Assembly: GCA_030390025.1 (NCBI GenBank)
Contig: CM059432.1
Coordinates: forward strand, 42,844,001 to 42,908,000
DNA length: 64,000 bases
Source of the DNA: Squalus acanthias
Lineage: Eukaryota
Direction of reading: 5' to 3'
Part shown: positions 1 through 12,727 of the stretch, one piece after another
Layout: each line of letters begins with the position of its first letter
Position numbering within the stretch: the stretch's first letter is position 1
Program-made: the position numbers and the translations under genes
The notes under the pieces: generated by a model
Told to the model about the DNA's origin: nothing
The model's input: the letters and a program-made list of their open reading frames with translations, nothing else
Databases searched by the model: none

Positions 1-148
1 AATTGGCCAGCAAACGCGCTGGGCGGGCTTAACAAGCCCAATCAAGGGAAATTCATTTCAGAGGCTGGGATGGAGACAGCAGCGGGGTCGGGACCCGCCA
101 CCGACATCGCCCACCACGGACCCGCCGAGGTTAGCAAAATCGCAGCCT
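1..148. mobile_element. Right end of a Harbinger-type non-autonomous element (cut by the window edge)
   Basis: Ends in GCAAAATCGCAGCC (a GG..GATTTT-type TIR). Positions 1-50 resemble 50023-50075 of the Harbinger derivative starting at 48420. Confidence 0.6.
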
Positions 149-274
149 GTCTCTCTATTCCAAATAACTCTCTATTTGTCCCCCAATTCTAATTATTTCT
201 CTCTTCTCTTTCTCTGTCTTTATCTTTCATTTTATTTTTCTCCATTCTCTTTCCTTTTCTCGTGCATTTCGAAA

Positions 275-485
275 AAATAGAATACAAAAGCAGGGAGGCA
301 ATGTTAAATCTATTTAGAACTGTGGTTAGATTACACTTGGAGTATTGCGTGCAGTTCTGGTCTCCATAGTACAAAAAGATTTTTGAAGCACTGGAGAAAG
401 TGCATAAAAGATTTATAAGGATGTTACCAGAATTGTCAGGATTCAACTATCAAGAAAGATTGAGCAGGCTGGAGCTCTTTTCTCA
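275..485 (+). mobile_element. Decayed CR1 LINE fragment (3' part of ORF2)
   Basis: Translates as YKSREAMLNLFRTVVRLHLEYCVQFWSP*YKKD, matching the CR1 ORFs elsewhere in the window. Confidence 0.85.
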
Positions 486-667
486 CTTGCCCTCTCCCTT
501 TGTATCAGCCGCTCCTTAATTTTGTTTCCTGTCTTTTGTATACTTCCCATATAGTTTTAAAATTATTTTTTACTGTCCCCGTGGGGCCAAAAGGAGCAGG
601 ATGCTCTTCCATTCCCACAAGGAAAGCTTGTGTTTCCCCTGCTGCGGACTCGCCTCCACCCTCCCAT

Positions 668-1930
668 TATCTCATTGAAACATAGAAGATTCTGAGGGGG
701 GTTGACAGTGTAGATGCTGAGAGGTTGTTTCTCCTGGCTGGAGAGTCTAGAATTAGCAGTCATAGGCCGCGATTTTTCCTCTCGATGCGGCTTGGGGGTG
801 GGACAGCTGCCTTCCGGGTTCCAATCCCGCCCCCAACGATGTCCAACGCACAGACGTGATTTTGCGTCAATTGGCCTTGTTAAGCCCACCCTGCAGGCTT
901 GCCGGCCAATTAAGAGGAAGCCGATGTCAGATGACATCAGATGATGACGCGTCATCTGCCGGTTTTCTTAAAGGGACCACACACAATTTTTTTTGACAGC
1001 TGATTTTTCAGTGTTTGACAGCATTGAGGTGCTGCAAACACTGACAATCACTCTGCAAAGGTGAGCCCTTGCCCCTAGGCTCTCCAGTAACTCCCTCCTT
1101 AGGCTAGAACAAATGCCAGCTGCAGGTGAGGTTACAGAAGCGATCTGTCACTGGTGAGAGAGGTTCTCCCAATGAGGTGGGACTACACAAACAATTCAAA
1201 ACTTGTCACCTACAGAAAAGTCTAAATACATTAAAAATGATTTTCTCAACATTTTCTTACCTCTGAAACTCACCAGAGTACCATTGGATACTTCACACCA
1301 CTTCTGCAGCTGTCATCAATGCAGAAACATTACAGTAGACCCACAGCACGCCACACTTACCTGGCGTGGTGTCCAGACGTCAGGAAGCCCGCAGTAAACC
1401 TGTCAAAATTGCAAAAAGCCTCTTAACTGCCTGTTAACAACCTGTTAACAAGCAGTTAAGTGCCTATAATCCTCTTCCCGCCGCTTGGTGTCGGGTCCAT
1501 GCGCAAATCGGGGACCCAACACCTGGGAAGATTGTCTGGAGACGGGTTGAACCGCTGTCAATCTTTGCGATTTTGCCGGATGTCCCGCCTCCAAACCCGC
1601 CCCCTGAGCGCCGGCAAAATTCCCCCCATAGTCTCAGGAAAAGGGGTCGGCCATTTAAGACTGAGATGAGGAGGAATTTCTTCACTCAGAGGGTTGTGAA
1701 TCTTTGGAATTCTCTACCTCAAAGTGCTGTGGATGCTGAATTGTTGAGTATATTCAAGGCTGAGATAGATAGATTTTTGGACTCATGGGGAATCAAGGGA
1801 TATGGGGATCGAGCGGTAAAGTGGAGTTGAGGTTGAAGATCAGCCATGATCTTATTGAATGGCGGAGCAGGCTCGAAGGGCCGTATGGCCTACTCCTGCT
1901 CCTAGTTCTTATGTTCTTACATTCTTACGT
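668..1930 (+). mobile_element. CR1 LINE 3' end interrupted by a MITE (765-1627)
   Basis: Reads LIET*KILRG before the MITE and resumes HSLRKRGRPFKTEMRRNFFTQRVVNLWNSLP after it. CR1 3' UTR and (TTCTTATG)-like tail. Confidence 0.9.
765..1627 (+). mobile_element. Harbinger-type non-autonomous element (MITE), ATA target duplication
   Basis: ATA|GGCCGCGATTTTT ... AAAATTCCCCCC|ATA; removing it restores the CR1 sequence. Its right subterminal region matches 54551-54590 of the coding Harbinger. Confidence 0.85.
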
Positions 1931-2016
1931 TCTTTTGTTCTCCCGATCGCAAGGCACACATGGGACAGCCCCGGTGGTCGATCCCACCACATACAATAGC
2001 AACAATCAACAATAAT

Positions 2017-2131
2017 ACTGCAGTGGTTCAAGAAGGCAGCTTTCCACCACCTTCTCAAAGGCAATTTGGGATGGGGAATAAATGCTTGCCTTGCCAGCCA
2101 CGCCCACATCCCAGGACTGAATTAAAAAAAA
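2017..2131 (+). mobile_element. 3' end of a CR1-group (Zenon-like) LINE or its SINE partner
   Basis: GGTTCAAGAAGGCAGC...CACCTTCTCAA...AATAAATGC...CCCACATCCC plus A-tail, the same tail as 20350-20460 and 39795-39900. Confidence 0.75.
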
Positions 2132-2435
2132 CGCTGTTGGCGGGTGGCCTCCCACCGAGTTCCCATGCAGAATAAGAGTTGAAGTACCTTGGGCCTTGTT
2201 TCTGGAGCAGCAGGTGAGTTTCTAATTCACACCACTTTTCACCCATCGAAAACTGGCCTGGAAAAAAAACTTGGCCGCTAGATTATTTATTTGATTTTTT
2301 TTCAGTTGTTTAGCTCAGATAAACCTTTGGAGTCAGGAATCTTTCCATTTACCATTAGTGTTGAGATTTTGAAAGACATCATGTTCAATGTTCAGTGACA
2401 GCATTTTAATTGGATATCACACTAAAATCACTAAA

Positions 2436-2560
2436 AAAAGAAGCTGCAAATGCTGGAAAGCTGATATAAACAAGGAAAATGCAGGAAATATATAGTAGGT
2501 CCATCAGCATACGAAAAGGCAAAATGCATGTTAATGCTTTAGGTAAAGAGCATTCGGGAA
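2436..2560 (-). mobile_element. Decayed Penelope-like terminal fragment
   Basis: GCTGCAAATGCTGGAAA...AAAATGCAGGAAATA resembles the Penelope-like ends at 16110 and 60625. Confidence 0.55.
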
Positions 2561-3194
2561 AGGGTCAGATGTCCACAGTGTGACCCATCCGATTCACCTC
2601 CTTTTCTCTTTTCAGAAGTACAATTACCTTTGGCTCCTCCTCTGAATCATCTACATGCTACCCCTTGGTGACATCATGTTTGTTTAATTAATTCCACTGA
2701 GTAGATAACGTGGCATGGGGCTAATGCTTAAAAATGATTTTGGTACGTGACATTTTTGCTGATCTCCTTTCCAGGACACGGTCCATAAAGATGAGTAAAC
2801 TATGCCGAAGGAGAATACGCTATGGGAACCCTATAGGGAGGAAACATTTCCTAGAATGTGGATGTTGGTCATAGACACAGAAAAATCAGTGTCTCATGTT
2901 GGGATGATTACTAGTCTATTGCATTTTTCATCATGTTTCTTTTCAGTTCTGTATTTCATATATTGAGCTAGTCAAGAAAATCAATAAAAGAAGTGCATGA
3001 AATAAGAATTTTGAGCATATAGAAGAGGTTATACCAAGAATTCGTTGGCCATATTTACAGTGGAACTGCCATTATTCCACTTCTATTATTTACCATCTCC
3101 ATTATCTGCCAGAATGTTCACAGGATAAAATCTTATTGGAAAAACATCATATTGCATAGACTCATTGTTATTTGTGTTTTATCTCCCTTGATGA

Positions 3195-4321
3195 ATAGAA
3201 ACATAGAAACATAGAAACATAGAAAATAGGTACAGGAGTAGACCATTCGGTCCTTCGAGCCTGCACCGCCATTCAATGCGTTCATGGCTGAACATGCTAC
3301 CTCAGTACCCCATTCCTGCTTTCTCGCCATACCCCTTGATCCCCTTAGTTGTGAGTGTTATATCTAACTCCCTTTTGAATATATTTAGCGAACTGGCCTC
3401 AACAACCTTCTGTGGAAGAGAATTCCATAGATTCACCACTCTCTGGGTGAAGAAGTTCCTCCTCAGCTCAGTCCTAAATGGCTTCCCCTTAATCCTTAGA
3501 CTGTGACTCCTGGTTCTAGTTTTCCCTACCATTGGGAACATTCTGCCTGCATCTAATTTGTCTAAACCAGTCAGGATTTTAAATGTCTCTATAAGATCCC
3601 CCCTCATTCTTCTGAACTCCAGAGGATACAAGTTCAGTTGACCCAATCTTTCTTGATATGTCAGTCCGGCCATCCCAGGAATCAATCTAGTGAACCTTCG
3701 CTGCACTCCCTCAATAGCAAGAATGTCCTTCCTTAAGTTAGGAGACCAAAACTGCGCACAATACTCCAGGTGTGGCCTCACCAAGGCCCTGTACAACTGT
3801 AGCATCACCTCCCTACTCCTGTACTCAAATCCCCTTGCTATGAAGGCCATCATTCCGTTTGCTTTCTTGACTGCCTGCTGCACTTGCATTCCCACCTTCA
3901 GTGACTGATGTACCATGACGCCCAGGTCTCGTTGCACGTCCCCTTTCCCTAATCTGCCACCATTCAGGTAATAGTCCGCCTCTCTATTTTTACCACCAAA
4001 GTGGATAACCTCACATTTATCCACATTGTACTTCATCTGCCATACATTTGCCCATTCACCCAACCTGTCCAAATCACTCTGTAGCCTCCTAGCATCCTCC
4101 TCATTGTTCACACTGCCTCCCAATTTAGTGTCATCCGCAAATTTGGAGATATTACATTTAATCCCTTCGTCCAAATCATTAATATATAATGTAAACAGCT
4201 GGGGTCCCAGCACCGAACCCTGCGGTACCCCGCTGGTCACTGCCTGCCATTCTGAAAAGTACCCATTTACTCCTACTCTTTGTTTCCTGTGTGCCAACCA
4301 GTTCTCAATCCACGTCAACAT
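3195..4321 (-). mobile_element. 5'-truncated young CR1 LINE; open RT/C-terminal frame 3302-4321
   Basis: 339-aa ORF with GVPQGSVLGP, FADD and RPHLEYC motifs; (TTTCTATG)n tail at 3195-3225. Confidence 0.95.
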
Positions 4322-4516
4322 AAAACTATATAATGTTTCTTTTGTTACCTTTTTTCATTCCCATGCATAGAGTATTGCTCTATAATTTAATCTTTATTAG
4401 CCAATTTCCATATGCCGTCCATTATTTAAGATAATGGAGATTTCACTGTCTTTATCGTCATATTTGAATTAGAAACCATAACGACAATGAAGTACCTTCT
4501 TCTTGTACGCTCCCCT

Positions 4517-5725
4517 AAAACATAGGATATACGGCACAGAAACCGGCCATTTGGCCCAACCAGTCCATGCCGGCATTTATGCTCCACATGAGCCTCCACC
4601 CGTCTTTCCTCATCTAAATCTATCAGTATAACCCTCTATTCCCTTTTCCCTTATATGCTTGTCTAGCCTCCCCTTAAAAGCATCTATACTATTCGCTTCA
4701 ACCACTCCCTGTGGTAGCGAGTTCCACATTCTCACCACTCTTTGGGTAAAGAAGTTTTTTCTGAATTCCCTATTGGATTTCTTGGTGACTATCTTATATT
4801 GATGGCCTCTGTACCCACTCTATCAAAACCTTTCATAATTTTAAAGACCTCTATTAGGTCACGACTCAGCCTTCTTTTTTCAAGAGAAAAGAGACCCAGC
4901 CTGTTCATCCTTTCCTGATATGTATATCCTCTCATTTCTGGTATCATCCTTGTAAATCTTCTCTGCACCCTCTCCAGTGTCTCTATATCCTTTTTATAAT
5001 ATGGTGACCAGAACTGTACGCAGTATTCTAAATGTGGTCTAACCAAGGTTCGATACAGGTTTAGAATAACTTCCCAACTTTTCAATTCTATACCTCTAGA
5101 AATAAACCCTAGTGGTTGGTTTGCTATTTTATGGCCTTGCTAACCTGTGTTGCAACTTTTAGTGATTTGTGTATTTGTACTCTGAGATCCCTTTGTTCCT
5201 CTACTCCACCTAGACTCGCACCCTCCAAGTGATAAGTGACCTCCCTATTCTTCCTACCAAAATGTAATACCTCACATTTATCTGTGTTGAACTTTATTTG
5301 CCAATTATATGCCCATTCTGCAAATTTATTAATGTCCTCCTGTAATTTGTTGCAGTCCTCAGTATTGACTATCCCCCCCCAATTTGGAGTCATCCGCATA
5401 TTTAGAAATTGTGTTTTTGATTCCAAAGTCTAAATCGTTAATGTAAATTGTGAACAGCAGTGGTCCCAGCACTGATCCTTGTGGAACATCACTTCCCACC
5501 TTCTGCCACTGTGAATAGCTACCCTTTACTCCTACTCTCTGCTTTCTGTCCTGAAGCTAGCCAGCAATGCATTCTGCTACTTGTCCCCTGACTCCGCATT
5601 CTCTGACCTTGTTCATCAGTCTATTATGGGGTACCTTATCGAAGGCCTTTTGAAAATCCAGATAAATTACATCTACTGCATTACCATTGTCTACTCTCCC
5701 TGTTACCTCTTCAAAAAATTCAAAT
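4517..5725 (-). mobile_element. 5'-truncated, frameshifted CR1 LINE
   Basis: ORF pieces DVIYLDFQKAFDKVPH, KCEVLHFGRKN, RPHLEYCVQFWSP; different 3' UTR subfamily. Confidence 0.92.
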
Positions 5726-6048
5726 TCTGGCATGAAAAACATTAAACAGTGAGACACAGAAGTAAGAATAACCATGTGGGACCTATTGATTCACTGACTC
5801 TTTCAGTAAGCTTGAGATTCCCTTTATGCTTATATCCTTTTTGTAGACATCTCTAGTCAAAACAAGGAAACAAAACCTTCAGCTGATTCAAATGTTATTA
5901 ATTGCAAAATATGGGAAATGAGTTTTGCTGTGCAGTTCACATCAGCAAACTTTCAGAATTCATCAGAGTATTTTTACTTAAGACTAAAATAGACTGGAAT
6001 TTTGCAAGGCAACAGAGCACCCAAGAAATATTTATTGATTCAAAATGT

Positions 6049-7990
6049 TGGGTGTGAATTTCCTCGCAATTTTTGGCATAATCAGGGCAAATAATTTTTT
6101 GTTGCTGGAAAATCTGCCAGTAGCTGTTTCGACTAGTTTCCCACCATTAGATTGCTTCCCCCAATTCACTCGTGCATTTTGGCCGTTTCTGCAATCCTCC
6201 TGCTGGGTTCCGAGTGCCCTCATTTAAATATATGGTAATGAGGGCCAATGGAGAACCAGCTCTGCGTTTCCTGTGTTTACGGCTGTATTGCAGTCAGGGT
6301 AATTTAGACTGAGAATTATAAGGTGCAGCTGTTGCCAGGATCAGCTCAGACAGGCAGAGGTGAGGAGTTTCTGAGTCTGGACAGTTTGACGAGCGATTTC
6401 TGCATCTGGGAAACACTTTTGCAGCAATTTCTTTTTAATTCTGCCCATATCGAGATGGACTTGCTGCTCACTGCTTCTGACAAGGTCAGACCATTGGCAA
6501 ATTTTTGATCTGCCACTTAAACCCTACCTGCTGTGAGGGCTTGTCAGGAGCAGGGTATGGTATTCGTATGGACATACCCTTGTATGCCATTATCATGGGG
6601 GAAGAGTTAGAACAGCACAGGATGGAGCAAAGGAGAGTATGGCAGCATTTAAAGGGGATGGACCCAACCAGATATTCCCCCTCCCCCCATAAAATATACA
6701 GACAGAACAGGCTTTATGAGGATCTTACTGAAGACGTGTACAAGAAGCGTGCGCTTCATCAGAGGAAATAGGGTAGCTGTCATCACTGAATGAGAACCTG
6801 CAGCCACACTCTTCTACCCGCACTGCTCTCTCTGCTCTTTCCAAACACCGTGCTTCCCCTGGGTGGCTACACGTGCCTTTCTATCGCCTATTCCAGTGTT
6901 TTGCCTTGATGGAACCTGAGGGTAAGTATCGTAAGAGATGCTTCGCTGCTCATACTCTACTAAAGGGTCATGTGGCTCTCCTCTCATGGCAGCTTGCTCC
7001 TGACAAAGAGCCACTACTGGCTGCATCTCTGGAGCTTGTCCCTGGGCAACTTGGTCTCACCTCCCACATTCCATGTGATGCTCTGAGGGGGAAAGTCTGG
7101 CATGTGTTGCTGTCCTGAGAGATGGCACGTGTACTCCAGCTGTCACCTTTCCACAGGGCCCTGAAGCTGTGTCCCCACTGATCAGCATGATGCTGCTCTA
7201 ATGGCAGCTGTCAGATCCTGAAAGCCCTGAGAGACAACAGCATGCATCACGGTCGACATGGTCCGCAAGCCACTATTCAGGCTATTCTCTATTTTGTTCC
7301 CTATTGCCACCAGAGCTGCAGTCTGATCCTTGGACGTTTCTTAGGTGGGGGTCTGCTGAAGGTTCCAGTAAAGCAGCCACATGCTCCATTGGTTCCTGCA
7401 AAGAAGACAAAGACATTGCCACAAATGAGAGCTGTAGCTTCGAGAGTCCCACCTGTCTTTTGCCGCACATCTTTGGAGACTAATCTCAGAGTCTATGCAT
7501 AGGTACATAGGTACAATGTTCATCGAACATCCTTCTTTTCAGGCGAGCACCCATGAGTTCTTGGGCCCATGACCCCAAAGCCATGACCAGACTTCTTCTC
7601 AGCCCATGCTGGAAAGGTGGCACATTCTCACATTCTCCCTTTTCCTCTGGCTCCCTCAAGCTCTTTGAATCACCCAGTGCCACATCCTCAGTAACATTAG
7701 CTAATTCTTCCTGGGTGAAAGTATTAGAGTTGGTACCTGGGAGTGAAAAATCAATTTCTCACAGGATGAGTTGGAGGAGATTAGGGCAGAGGAACATGGT
7801 GCAGGAGGGCTGTGCAGGAACTCATGGGTCGGCTTCAGTCTGCCTTCACAGCCCTCTTTATCATCATCCTCCTTGTCTTCCTGCTCATTATCATCATAGT
7901 TGACAAGGAGATAGTTGTGTCTTTGTTGTTCCTCCTCTTCCTCCCCCACATCATCATCTTCCTCCTCCTGTGTTCCCCATTAGTGTGGTG
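6049..7990. mobile_element. Decayed, internally deleted PIF/Harbinger element (transposase N-terminus on +, acidic partner-gene remnant on -)
   Basis: The + strand peptide YSPSPHKIYRQNRLYEDLTEDVYKKR resembles [13 protein letters not shown] of the 54100 transposase. Acidic EEEEE/EDKEDDD remnant on the - strand. GGGTGTGAATTTCC TIR-like start; boundaries approximate. Confidence 0.55.
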
Positions 7991-8211
7991 GATCAGCAAG
8001 AATGAAAGGTAGACGATAAGAGTAGCTAAACATTATCGCTGTAGGATTAAGGAGTAGAAGAGGAAAAAGCTTGAGTCTGTATAGAGCTTCACAGGGACAC
8101 CAGAGTGACATTAGGTCTTTAATCATTAACCTGGCACTGATAATTTGTGTCAACTTCACCATTTCCCATGGCAATAGTAGAATGCCTCCCTATGAGCTCT
8201 TTGGCCTTCTC

Positions 8212-8855
8212 CTGAGCTTCCGACCCCATATCTTCTCCATCACCAAGAATGCCTACTTCCACCTCCGTAACATTGCCAGCCCCGTCTCAGCTCATCTGCT
8301 GCTGAAACCCTCATCCATGCCTCTGTTACCTCTCGATCAGACTATTCCAATGCTATCCTGGCCAGCCTCCCACCTTGCACCCTCCCTAAACCTGAGCGTA
8401 TCCAAAACTCTGCTGCTCGTATCCTAACTTGCATCTAGTACTTTTCACCCATCACCCCTATGCTCATTGACCCATATTGGCTCCTGGTCCGGCAATGCCT
8501 CGATTTAAAAATTCCCATCCTTGTTTTCAAATCCCTCCATGGCCTCGCTCCTCCCTATCTCTGTAACCTCCTCAGCCCTACAACCCTCTGAGATCTCTGC
8601 GCTCCTCCAATTCTGGCCTCTTGTGCAACTCCGATTTTCTTTGCTCCACCATTGCCGGCCGTGCCTTCAGCTGCCAAGGCCCTAAGCTCTGCCTTAAAAC
8701 CCACCTCTTTGACCAAGCTTTTGGTCACCTGTCCTAATATCTCCTTATGTAGCTCGGTGTCAAATTTTGTTTGATAATCGCACCTGTGAAACGCCTTGGG
8801 ACATTTTACTACGTTAAAGGCGCTATATAAATCCAAGTTGCTCTTGCTCTTGTTG
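8212..8855 (+). mobile_element. L2 LINE 3' fragment
   Basis: ITKNAYFHLRNIA ... L2-type C-terminus; tail GTGAAACGCCTTGGGAC...AAAGGCGCTATATAAAT. Confidence 0.88.
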
Positions 8856-8859
8856 TACG

Positions 8860-9412
8860 GCACGAGTGTTTTTTAAGGTGGGAATGCCCCCTTCATTGAC
8901 CTGCCACTTTATGGCCATTCTCTGCCTATTGCAGGAACATTGGGCAAATGAGGGAAAGGTTAGCATTTGAGGAGCGTGCCGCAACAGCACATACAGAGCT
9001 TTCACACACCCTCCCCCCGCCCAGAGCCACAATTCCCTTGATCGCCTCCAGTTTCCAGTCACCCACTTGCCCCCACCCACCCCACCCCCATCCCCGTTCA
9101 CCATAGCCTCCCACCTCTCCCTGCTCACCTCTCCCTTGCTCGCTCTCCCCCTCCTCAGACTCCTGGTAACCATCTGGTCCCGTTTCTGGTTATCCGCTAA
9201 GTGTGGGCCGGATGTTTGCAGCAGGCAAGGGGGTAACGTCACTGAGCTGAAGGGTTCTCTGCTGCAGCAGCCGGTTGTAGAGTGGAGGCAGGTTTTGAGG
9301 CCGGGGGTGGGGGGTGGTGGTGGTTGTGTGTGTGGGGTTGGGAAATTTAAAGTGTGGATCTCCCGGTGGATTCCGGAAGACTCCCGGACAATCCGGGAAC
9401 GTCGGCAACCCT
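8860..9412. mobile_element. Probable hAT-type non-autonomous DNA element fragment
   Basis: Ends in TCCCGGACAATCCGGGAACGTCGGCAACCCTA (reverse complement TAGGGTTGCC, a hAT-like TIR) with repeated CCGG subterminal motifs. The other end was not found. Confidence 0.5.
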
Positions 9413-10397
9413 AGTTTGCCTTAGCAGTTGGACCTAGGGAATTGTGAAGAGTTTATTCATTCAGCTGCAAACTGACTTGTATTGCAAAAACAAAATGGAT
9501 TCCCAGGACAGTACAGTGAGGACTGGCTGTGAAACTAAACTGTAACAGTACAGATTAACAGGCCACCCAGCTGCTGGCATTTTAAGGAATCCCTGGATCG
9601 CTGCAATGTGTGGCTCATAATAAGCAGATCTTGCAGAATAAAACAGTGATGTTTAACAGTGACATGTTGCTTACCTGTTTACATTTTTGATTTTGAAAAG
9701 GATTTATTGTATCAGCAAAACCATTTATATCCTATTACGTATGAGTTAGTATGTTGCTATGTTTATTTGTTTGTTTCCAAATATGTAGTAACTAAATGGG
9801 GTTTAAGTTTTCTATATTTTTGTTGTGTTGCAGTTTGAAGGATAAGGAAAAGGTTAACTGACTAATTAACGCTTGAGTTTCCAGCGCGGTTGGTACATCA
9901 GCTTTCACACATACTTTTAATTGGCAACAATCATTTCAGGGAGGATAATGTCTGGATCCCTTTGAGTTGTTAGTAGATCAGTTTGGAAATAGTGGAACCC
10001 TAACAAAGTAACATCATTTTTGTGGAACACAGGAATTACTAGATGAAAAAACACCAAGCTCCATCTAGCTCGCCTTCGACCATCCTGGTAGATGCATGAC
10101 ATAATGATAATGGAGTTGTTGACTAATCATAGCAATCAATCTCTACCAATTAGTCTACAACAGACCCAGACATGAAACGGAGAAAGTCCCAGTGGTGGAG
10201 AGCTTTGGGAACCATGGATCTGAAGCCACCTTTTTCCTCTAAAGCATACTACACTTACCACATGTCATGTCTCAAATTACTCATATATGCATCCCAAAAT
10301 GTTATTTTCTGAAAGAAATCTATCTGATTTGCACTGCAATATTATATGCTTTCACTGTTTCCCGAGGGAGTCTATTCCATAGATTGACTGAAATATT

Positions 10398-11117
10398 GGG
10401 GGGAATTTTAACTCCCAAAAATGGGTGGGTTTGGGTCAGTTGGGAAGTTAACATGTTCAAAATCTCAAATCTGAACCAAAGCCACCTCCAACACGCCCAC
10501 TTCTGGCTTTAACGGAGGCAGAACGAAGGGTGGGTGACCTATCCACTCTCAGGAGGTGGATCGGTTGGCAAATCCTTTTAAGGAGGCTGCGTCCCACTAT
10601 TGTAACAAGATTTTTTTTTTAACTAATGTCGGCCAGGTTTCCAGGCCCTCGGGAAACCCGGAAGGTAAAAAGAGGCGCGAAGGGCTAAATCCATAAGGTA
10701 AGTGCCTTTACAGCACTGCTTGTGGGCCAGGAGGAGCAGGAGTGTTTCCTCCAGGCCCAACAAGCTTACCCTGTAAATGCCCCCCGATCCCGCCTCGATC
10801 TCCCCCCCCGCCCATGATCTTCACCCCTGCATGATCTCTACACTTCCCCTGGACCCCATGATCTCTAACCCCCCCACCCCCCCTGGCACCACTAGATCTA
10901 CCTGCTTCTGAGGCTGCGTCCTTGTGCCTCAGGATTTTCCGTCCGACAGGTAGCAGGATTGTCAATCAGGCTGGCTGTCAGGCAGGGAAACCTGGAGAAA
11001 CAAATTAAAACACGTCCTGGAGTTAAAACTCCACGGCGTTTGTGGAAACCTGTACTACCGGGTTTCCCGACCATATCGAGACCATTGTCTCTGCAGATCA
11101 GTTTTGAATTTACCCCC
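10398..11117 (+). mobile_element. Harbinger-type MITE, family A (splice-donor/hairpin module and CCCCGATC repeats)
   Basis: GGGGGGAATTTTAACTCCCAAAAATGGGTGGG start is the reverse complement of the ends at 15401 and 33107; the far end is GAATTTACCCCC. Confidence 0.75.
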
Positions 11118-11218
11118 TACAAGCACAGTATTTGAGGCAAAGTATATTATCATTTAATTATATATAAATTCATCAGTTTTTTTTAACTTTCTATGAAATA
11201 TTTTATCTTACTGTACAA

Positions 11219-12727
11219 TTGGTTGCAATCTACCAAAATTCCCTGGACTCTGGAGCGGTCCCAGCGGATTGGAAAACCGCAAATGTAACACCCCTATTTA
11301 AGAAAGGAGGGAGACAGAAAGCAGGAAACTATAGACCAGTTAGCCTAACATCTGTCGTTGGGAAAATGCTGGAGTCCTTCATTAAGGAAGCAGTAGCAGA
11401 GCATTTGGAAAATCATAATATAGTCAAGCAGAGTCAGCATGGTTTTATGAAAGGGAAATCATGTTTAACAAATTTGCTGGAGTTCTTTGAGGAGGTAACA
11501 AGCAGGGTGGATAAGGGTGAGCCAGTGGATGTGGTGTATTTGGATTTCAAGAAGGCATTCGATAAGGTGCCACATAAAAGGTTACTGCATAAGATAAGAG
11601 CTCACGGAGTTGGGGGTAATATATCAGCATGGACAGAAAATTGGCTAACGAACAGAAAGCAGAGAGTCAGGATAAATAGGTTATTTTCCGGTTGGCAAAC
11701 GATAACTAGTGGGGTGCCACAGGGATCGGTGCTTGGGCCTCAACTATTTACAATCTACATTAATGACTTGGATGAAGGGACCGAGTGTAATGTAGCCAAA
11801 TTTGCGGATGATACAAAGATGGGTGGGAAAGCAAGTTATGCAGAGGACTCAAAGAATCTGCAAAGGGATATAGACAGGCTAAGTAAGTGGGCAAACATTT
11901 GGCAGATGGAGTATAATGTGGGAAAGTGCGAGGTTATCCACTTTGGCAGGAAAAATAAAAAAGCAAATTATTATTTAAATGGAGAGAGATTACAAAATGC
12001 TACAGTTCAGAGGGACCTGGGGGTCCTTGTGCATGAAACACAAAAAGTTAGCATGCAGGTACAGCAAGTAATCAAAAAGGCAAATAAAATGTTGGCCTTT
12101 ATTGCAAGGGGGTTGGAGTATAAAAGCAGGGAAGTCCTGCTACAACTGTACAGGGTATTCGTGAGACCACACCTTGAGTACTGCGTACAGTTATGGTCTC
12201 CTTATTTAAGGAAGGATATACTTGCATTGGAGACAGTTCAAAGATGATTCACTCGGTTGATTCCTGAGATGAGCGGTTTGACTTATGAAGAAAGGTTGAG
12301 TAGGTTGGGCCTATACTCATTGGAATTTAGAAGAATGAGAGGTGATCTTATTGAAACATATAAGATACTGAGGGGGCACGACAAGGTAGATGCAGAGAGG
12401 ATGTTTCCCCTCGTGGGGAAATCTAGAACTCGTGGGCATAGTTTCAGAATAAAGGGTCGCCCTTTTAGAACTGAGATGAGGAGGAATTTCTTCTCTCAGA
12501 GGGTCGTAAATCTGTGGAATTCTCTGCCCCAGAGAGCCATGGAGGCTGGGTCATTAAATACATTTAAGGTGGAGATAGACAGATTTTTGCAAGATAAGGG
12601 AGTGAAGGGTTATGGGGAGCGGGCAGGGAAGTGGCTTTGAGCCCAAGATCAGCCATGATCTTATTGAATGGCGGAGCAGGCTCGAGGGGCCAATTGGCCT
12701 ATTCCTGCTCCTATTTCTTATGTTCTT
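11219..12727 (+). mobile_element. 5'-truncated young CR1 LINE; RT frame broken by one stop (12245-12247)
   Basis: ORFs 11219-12247 and 12257-12640 are in one frame: NYRPVSLTS, LDFKKAFD, GVPQGS, FADD. 3' UTR and TTCTTATG tail. Confidence 0.95.
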
